Source: Granulicella sp. (GTDB lineage Bacteria > Acidobacteriota > Terriglobia > Terriglobales > Acidobacteriaceae). From it: a DNA stretch of 64,000 nucleotides. Numbering within the stretch: the stretch's first letter is position 1; each line of letters opens with the position of its first letter. The notes under the pieces were generated by a model. That model made no database searches, was not told the DNA's origin, and saw nothing but the letters and a program-made list of their open reading frames with translations. The stretch lies in the NCBI GenBank assembly GCA_027339965.1, contig DAHWNL010000014.1:69141-133140 (forward strand). The letters run 5' to 3'. The position numbers and the translations under genes were made by a program. Positions 58,534 to 64,000 of this stretch are shown piece by piece.

Positions 58534-58876
58534 ATGAAAGCCCATACGGAAACGAATCTCTTGCGCCAGATCGAAAAGGTGAAGGGGCAACTGGCCGCCC
58601 TCGGCGACCTGCGGCCGGGCAGTCTGTCGACGCAGTGCAACATCTGCGGCACACCTGGATGCCGCTACAGCTACGCCGCCGGAGAAGCACGGGCCCTACT
58701 ATCAGGTCAGTTTTACGCGCAAGGGAAAGGGCAGCTCGAAGTTCGTGCGCAAGAAGGATCTCGCCGACGTCCGCGGGGAACTGAACAACTACGAGGTTAG
58801 GAAGACGCTGGTCGACCGCTGGATCGATCTGGCTACTGAACTATCCAACCTTCGCCTCGCCAACAAGCGCCCATGA
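58534..58876 (+). pseudogene. Frameshifted DUF6788-like (IS-associated) gene
   Basis: MKAHTETNLLRQIEKVKGQLAALGDLRPGSLSTQCNICGTPGCR, a frameshift near 58665, then PEKHGPYYQVSFTRKGKGSSKFVRK...VDRWIDLATELSNLRL* in a second frame. Confidence 0.7.
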
Positions 58877-59054
58877 CCGAATGGAGAACTTGGCACTCTC
58901 CAGAGATAGGTCCATACGCCATCTTTCGCAAAATGCTGGAGGCTGGTGATCCGCCCAGCAGTATCGAAGCGCTTCTCAAGCACGCGAGAAAGCTGAGCCC
59001 GCCGGAGTGAGATCATGGCCCATTTTCACTAGCGGGCCAGCCCTGAGGAGAACA

Positions 59055-60023
59055 ATGATGAGGACAAGAATGTGGATTCTGGTGGCGGGGCTGTTTTGCG
59101 CCTCGCTTGTTCCTGCGATGGGGCAAGGCACTCTTGTGGCGAGCCCCATCCGGGTAGCGATTATCGACGGGCAAAGCGCCGGCGCCTACCACAATTGGCG
59201 ACTGACCACGCTCGTGCTCAAGAAGGAGCTCGAAGAGACCGGGATCTTCGAAGTCTCAGTGATCACCGCACCCCCATCGGACGGCGACTTCACCAATTTC
59301 AAGCCGGAACTGAGCCAATATCGCGCGATCGTGATGAATTACGACGGACCCGCCTGGCCCGCCGACCTGCGTGCGCAGTTTGAAAAGTATATAGATGGCG
59401 GCGGTGGCCTTGTGATCGTCCACGCCGCCGACAATGCTTTTCCCGATTGGCCTGCGTACAACGAGATGATCGGCATCGGCGGCTGGCGCAACCGCAATGA
59501 AAGCGCCGGACCGTACTGGTATTACCAGAATGGCAAGCTCGTGTCCGACCCTTCGCCAGGACCCGCCGGACAGCATGGCGCGCGACTGCCCTTCGAGATC
59601 ACTGCGCGCCAACCGGAGCATCCGATCCTCAAAGGCCTGCCGCCTGTGTGGTTGCACGCCAATGACGAGCTCTACGGCAGGTTGCGGGGCCCCGGCAAGA
59701 ACATGACCGTGCTGGCCACGGCGCACTCGGACCCCAACAACAAAGGCACCGGCCACGACGAGCCCATGCTCATGGTTCTCCGCTACGGCAAGGGGAGAAT
59801 CTTCCACACCACGCTCGGCCATGACGTTTTTGCCATGAGCTGCGTGGGCTTCATCACCACATTCCAGCGCGGAACAGAGTGGGTAGCGACGGGCCGAGTC
59901 ACACAAAAGGTTCCGGCGACGTTCCCCACCATGAACACGGTCAGCTATCGCGCCGACATTGCGCAGATGGATCCCGCGTTTCTGAACGGCGCATCGCCGG
60001 TGGCGCCATCGGGTATAGAGTAG
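59055..60023 (+). CDS. ThuA-like (class I glutamine amidotransferase fold) secreted protein
   Basis: Signal peptide; GGGLVIVHAAD, HPILKGLP, DELY, YGKGRIFHTTLGH, FQRGTEW. Confidence 0.88.
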   Translation: MMRTRMWILVAGLFCASLVPAMGQGTLVASPIRVAIIDGQSAGAYHNWRLTTLVLKKELEETGIFEVSVITAPPSDGDFTNFKPELSQYRAIVMNYDGPAWPADLRAQFEKYIDGGGGLVIVHAADNAFPDWPAYNEMIGIGGWRNRNESAGPYWYYQNGKLVSDPSPGPAGQHGARLPFEITARQPEHPILKGLPPVWLHANDELYGRLRGPGKNMTVLATAHSDPNNKGTGHDEPMLMVLRYGKGRIFHTTLGHDVFAMSCVGFITTFQRGTEWVATGRVTQKVPATFPTMNTVSYRADIAQMDPAFLNGASPVAPSGIE

Positions 60024-60148
60024 TTCTTCGGGCGCAGCATCGAATCGTGGTAACTGGATGACAGCACCACTCTTAAAGCTGGAAGCTCCACCCAGTCCGT
60101 GGCGAGGGACGGAGTTGAGAATCGCAAAGAAAAAGAGGGAGGAAGGCA

Positions 60149-61294
60149 ATGACTAAGCCGCACAAACTGCGCATGGGAATGGTGGGCGGAGGGCCAGGCG
60201 CCTTCATCGGCCCAGTGCATCGCATGGCCGCGGAACTCGACGGGAAGATTGAGCTGGTTGCGGGTGCGTTTTCGCAGTCGCCGGAGCGGTCGCGCGAGGC
60301 GGGCATGCGTTTTCATCTCGATCCTGCGCGAGCCTATGCGGACTATCGGCAGATGATCGAGGCTGAGAGCAAGCGACCGGATGGCGTCGACTTTGTGGCG
60401 ATTGTGACCCCCAATCACATGCACTTGCCCGTGGCGCTAGCGGCGCTGGAGTCCGGCATTCCTGTAATGAGCGACAAGCCCGCGACCGCGAACTACGAAG
60501 AAGCTCTTGAACTGCAGGCGGCGGTTGCGAAAAGCGGCCTCCTTTACGGCTTGACGCACACCTACGCGGGCTACGCCATGGTGCGCGATGCGCGGGCCCT
60601 GTGCGCGACAGGCAAACTGGGAACGATTCGCAAAGTTGCAGTCGACTATATGCAGGGCTGGCTGAGCGGTCCGCTGGAAAGCACAGGACAAAAGCAGGCG
60701 GTCTGGCGCACCGATCCGGCACTCAGCGGCGCTGGCGGGGCGATCGGCGATATCGGCACGCACGCTTTTCATCTTATTGAATACATTAGCGGACTCAAGG
60801 TAACTGCGATTAACGCCACCTTGCGCACGGTAGTCCCGGGACGCAGGCTCGACGACGATTGCAATGCGTTTCTACGCATGAACAACGGCGCAGAAGGCTC
60901 ACTGGCTTGCTCGCAGATAGCAGCCGGTGAAATGAACGAGTTGCGTGTGCGCATTTACGGCGAAAAAGGTTGCCTCGAATGGCGTCATCAGGATGCCAAC
61001 CGGTTGATCGTGAAGTGGCTCGACGGCCCGGAGCAAATCCATCACGCGTCAATGAGTTACCTAAGCGCCGAGGCGCGGGCGGTAGCACGCACCCCGGCCG
61101 GGCATCCCGAGGGGTATCTCGAAGCGTTTGCGGTACTGTATCGCGAGTTCGCCGATGCACTCCTCACGTGGAAGCAGGGAAAGGCAAATTCGCCGCCGGC
61201 TACGTTGCCGGGAATTGAAGCCGGCGTGCGCGGCATGCGATTCATTGAGCGCGCGATTGAGAGCCATCGCATAGCGGGATGGGTGGAGTTTTGA
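60149..61294 (+). CDS. Gfo/Idh/MocA family oxidoreductase
   Basis: [49 protein letters not shown]. Confidence 0.93.
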   Translation: MTKPHKLRMGMVGGGPGAFIGPVHRMAAELDGKIELVAGAFSQSPERSREAGMRFHLDPARAYADYRQMIEAESKRPDGVDFVAIVTPNHMHLPVALAALESGIPVMSDKPATANYEEALELQAAVAKSGLLYGLTHTYAGYAMVRDARALCATGKLGTIRKVAVDYMQGWLSGPLESTGQKQAVWRTDPALSGAGGAIGDIGTHAFHLIEYISGLKVTAINATLRTVVPGRRLDDDCNAFLRMNNGAEGSLACSQIAAGEMNELRVRIYGEKGCLEWRHQDANRLIVKWLDGPEQIHHASMSYLSAEARAVARTPAGHPEGYLEAFAVLYREFADALLTWKQGKANSPPATLPGIEAGVRGMRFIERAIESHRIAGWVEF

Positions 61295-61552
61295 GCGATA
61301 GCTGCCGGCTCGTGGCCTATCTCGTGCAGCGGCGGAAGCTTTGGCGCACGGCGAGGAAGAGGCGAGGCTACGTAGACGATATCCAGTCCTCGCAGTAAAA
61401 GCGGATCGAGAGAAATCTCCGTTTCAAGCGGGGCAGCAGAAAGTGCGCTGCGTGGGATGAAGCCCCAACCTTCAACGCAAAGCTCGAAGTTCGGTGAAGA
61501 GACAGGCTTGGTGTACCACCCAACGGCTCCATGCAAGTGCTACACCTTGACC

Positions 61553-61628
61553 TGCAAGGTCATGCGCAACCTGCTCTGCCGCAAGGACAGCTAAGGATCT
61601 CAGCAGGATGTGGGGCTCCCCGCATCGC
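61553..61628 (+). repeat. att-like direct repeat, copy 2
   Basis: 61561-61598 matches 58270-58307 at 37 of 38 nt. Confidence 0.85.
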
Positions 61629-62094
61629 TCGGGAACGCAATCGGCAGCTACTTTTCCCGGTGGCTGGATCGCAGCGCCGGGCCTTAACTGGCGATGGGGC
61701 GGAAGGTACGCCAACCCAGTGACGAAGACCTGTCGTCGGCGATCCCGGGACGCCCACCGCCGATGCGCGGCCCTGCATCTTCAACATCTTCACGCGCAGC
61801 AACCGCCACGCTTACACAGAACCGCGCCAGAACGCCGGTTTTTCCTCTTCGTCGCTGCTTCCATGCACGTCGCCCTCGGCAACCTGTAGACGCCAGCATC
61901 ACCGCGGTGTTCGTCTGTTCGCTGCTCATTCCATTCTGGTTGACGCACCGCAACTCCGGTTGCTCCACATCTCCCATTCGAGGCCGGACTGTCATCCTTC
62001 TCCCGCTGCGTCGCAGCGCAATGCTTTTGAAGGCGTGCGGGCTGAAATGGGCCAGGCGTGTGGGTGAAACATCCCGCCCCTTGTATCTTCGTCA

Positions 62095-62129
62095 GTGCAA
62101 AAGATGCGATTGCATCGTATATTTTGCAC
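62095..62129 (+). promoter_or_regulatory. Palindromic operator overlapping the promoter of the AAA ATPase gene
   Basis: GTGCAAAAGATGCGAT-TGC-ATCGTATATTTTGCAC (16-bp arms, 2 mismatches); contains GTGCAA-N17-TATATT. Confidence 0.7.
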
Positions 62130-63290
62130 ATCTGGATCTCAGGCACTGTTGAAGCTCGGCTGCGGCGCTCTGCGAGAACGCGGCCCGCCCTCGTACTCAC
62201 CGGCGCCCGGCAGACCGGCAAGACCTCGACCTTTCTTCGCCTGTTTCCGAACCACTCGTTTGTCTCGCTCGACCTGCCGACCGAAGCTGAAGAAGCCGAG
62301 AAGGAGCCGCGCAACTTCCTTCAACGCCATCCGCCCCCTGTCATCATTGACGAGGTGCAGTATGCCCCTGGGCTCTTTCGTCATCTCAAGGCAGAGGTGG
62401 ACGCCAGGCGGACTCGCAACGGCCAATTTCTGCTGACCGGCTCCCAGAAGTTTGCCCTCATGAAGAATGTCTCCGAATCCCTGGCGGGGAGAGCTGACAT
62501 CGTAGAACTTGAAACCCTCTCTTATTCCGAGATTCTCGCTGCGCTTCCGCACGTGGCTCTTGAGACCGCCATCGTCCGTGGTGGCTTCCCGGAGCTGTAT
62601 GCCAACCCGGATATCGACCCTGCGGCCTTCTATAACTCTTACCTTGCCACCTACCTCGAACGCGATGTACGCGCCCTCGCCAACGTCGGGAGCCTACGCG
62701 ATTTTGAACGATTTCTGCGCGCTTGCGCCCTCCGCTCCGCAAACCTGCTGAACGAGGCTGACCTTGCCCGGGACGTGGGTATCTCGCCTTCCACGGCGAA
62801 CCAATGGCTGTCCATGCTGGAGACCTCCGGGCAGGCGGTTCTGCTTGAACCGTGGTTCTCGAATCGAACCAAATTCATTGTCAAGAGCCCCAAGCTGTAC
62901 CTCGCGGATACGGGCCTGCTCTGCGCTCTCTTGAACATCCGCACTGAGAACGATCTTCGCCGATCGCCGGCGGCTGGGGCGGTCTGGGAGACATTTCTTT
63001 TCGCCCAACTACGGGCGCGGGAAAGGAACGCCGGCCGAACCGGCAGTCTCTTCTTCTGGCGCGACCGCACCCGCGAAGTGGACTTCGTTGTCGACTCCGG
63101 CGGACGTCTGGAGCTGTTTGAAGCCAAATGGACGGAGCTGCCGGAGATCAGCGATACGGTCAATCTTGTCTTTGTGCGGAACGTGGTCGGCAAATCGAAG
63201 GTGACCGGCGGGGCAGTCGTATCCCGTACACCGAACAGTTTTCCCTTCTCGAATGGGTTCCGTGCGATCCCCGTCACCGGCCTCGGCTAG
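62124..63290 (+). CDS. AAA_14 + DUF4143 ATP-binding protein
   Basis: Walker A GARQTGKT, Walker B IIDEVQ, LTGSQ, SESLAGR, GGFPE, TYLERDV, KSPKLYLADTG, C-terminal EVDFV...FEAK nuclease-like motif; start uncertain (TTG 62124 or ATC 62130). Confidence 0.9.
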   Translation: MHIWISGTVEARLRRSARTRPALVLTGARQTGKTSTFLRLFPNHSFVSLDLPTEAEEAEKEPRNFLQRHPPPVIIDEVQYAPGLFRHLKAEVDARRTRNGQFLLTGSQKFALMKNVSESLAGRADIVELETLSYSEILAALPHVALETAIVRGGFPELYANPDIDPAAFYNSYLATYLERDVRALANVGSLRDFERFLRACALRSANLLNEADLARDVGISPSTANQWLSMLETSGQAVLLEPWFSNRTKFIVKSPKLYLADTGLLCALLNIRTENDLRRSPAAGAVWETFLFAQLRARERNAGRTGSLFFWRDRTREVDFVVDSGGRLELFEAKWTELPEISDTVNLVFVRNVVGKSKVTGGAVVSRTPNSFPFSNGFRAIPVTGLG

Positions 63291-63404
63291 AGCATCTCTC
63301 CTGTAGGTGTAGCTGGAGTTTCGACGCCGATGGGCGTTTTCCACCAAAGAAAACGCCACCGCACGCCCCTTCCATGGCACCCAGCAACAGGAGGAATGCT
63401 CCAA
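63287..63404 (+). mobile_element. ~118-bp MITE-like repeat, copy C; overlaps the TAG stop of the ATPase gene
   Basis: CTAGAGCATCTCTCCTGT...ACAGGAGGAATGCTCCAA; internal ATGGGCGTTTTCC..GAAAACGCCAC.GCACGCCCC shared with copy A. Confidence 0.8.
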
Positions 63405-63689
63405 TTGCCGCGTCCTCCGGGCCGTCGAACGATTCCCGAATAGGATTGAGCGCTGCACAGTTCACGTTCGATCACCGTTCGATTCTGCTGTGGCCGGGAG
63501 CCCTACGAAGCCCTCAGGCTTGGCAAGAGTGACTTTCTTTGGCGCTTGATTCTTTCAAGACCAATGGAGCAGACATGCTCCGCATGACCGGCCGTCACCC
63601 GCAGCGAAGGCGCCGGTCAAGGGTGCGTACTTGGCGCGCTCGTCGGAGCGCAACACAGAGCCTTGCAGCTGCGCGGCAGCGCCGTGGCC

Positions 63690-63800
63690 GCCGCGTGTCG
63701 CGAGGCCATGGCCAACTTGCTCCAAGGCAGGGACAGCTTAGGGCTCCCGCAGAATTTGGGCGCCACATCTCGTTTTGTGAGTTGTGGGCAACCCAGAAAC
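63690..63800 (+). repeat. att-like direct repeat, copy 3 (degenerate), directly abutting the CRISPR array
   Basis: Reads AACREAMANLLQGRDS versus AARREAMRNLLYRKDS in copy 1; also keeps the CCACATCTC hairpin arm and ACCCAGAA. Confidence 0.7.
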
Positions 63801-63803
63801 TCA

Positions 63804-64000
63804 GCCTCAATGAGGCCGCGGTGAATTCACCGCGGAAAGCGACCGCTGAGCTGGAGCGCAGCGGCGCGCTGCGCAAGCTTCAATGAGGCCGCGGTGAATT
63901 CACCGCGGAAAGAACGCCGCATTCACAATAATATTCGCAGCCACGCCTGCTTCAATGAGGCCGCGGTGAATTCACCGCGGAAAGCAGCAGGCCCCCGCGT
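63804..64000 (-). CRISPR. CRISPR array (3 repeats visible, probably continues past the right edge), type I-G/I-U-like repeat
   Basis: 36-bp repeat GCTTCAATGAGGCCGCGGTGAATTCACCGCGGAAAG at 63804 (one mismatch), 63877 and 63949; unique spacers of 37 and 36 bp plus a partial third; the reverse complement ends in ATTGAAGC. Confidence 0.93.

Noticed and set aside
58905..59010. Possible 3' remnant of a truncated gene upstream of thuA (…MLEAGDPPSSIEALLKHARKLSPPE*)
   Set aside because: Too short to assign or to distinguish from chance
61630..62050. Short ORFs and a weak REP-like hairpin (CCCAGTGACGAAGACCTGTCGTCGG) between att copy 2 and the ATPase
   Set aside because: No recognisable protein motif in any frame, and only one degenerate hairpin copy in the window

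Overview
High-GC bacterial chromosome segment, most likely Acidobacteriota (Terriglobia/Acidobacteriaceae). This assignment is inferred from the VWA protein type, the Cys-rich insert in RpoB and the style of several conserved-looking hypothetical proteins. Positions ~6-58 kb are mostly core or housekeeping genes: glgC, tatA, pgsA, glutamate dehydrogenase, trpE/trpG, efp-acyP-apt, lrgAB, a tripartite RND pump, GntR plus a Tat-exported GH127, SulP, rplA-rplJ-rplL-rpoB-rpoC (with no rplK in front), a dienelactone hydrolase, an OprB/MnoP-like porin and valS. The left edge holds the 5' 5.6 kb of a giant secreted NHL/Ig-repeat protein. The right 6 kb after valS is an accessory region. There, the 3' end of a small Zn-ribbon gene occurs three times as a direct repeat (att-like scars) separating small cargo blocks: a DUF6788-like pseudogene + ThuA + Gfo/Idh/MocA, then an AAA_14-DUF4143 ATPase. 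The last copy abuts the trailer end of a type I-G-like CRISPR array that runs off the window. Other notable items are a ~118-bp MITE-like repeat in 3 copies, a CsoR/RcnR-like operator upstream of a small PLVCxW-repeat protein and the porin, and an in-frame ~70-aa insertion in an EamA transporter. All family calls come from motif recognition by eye; no database searches were run.
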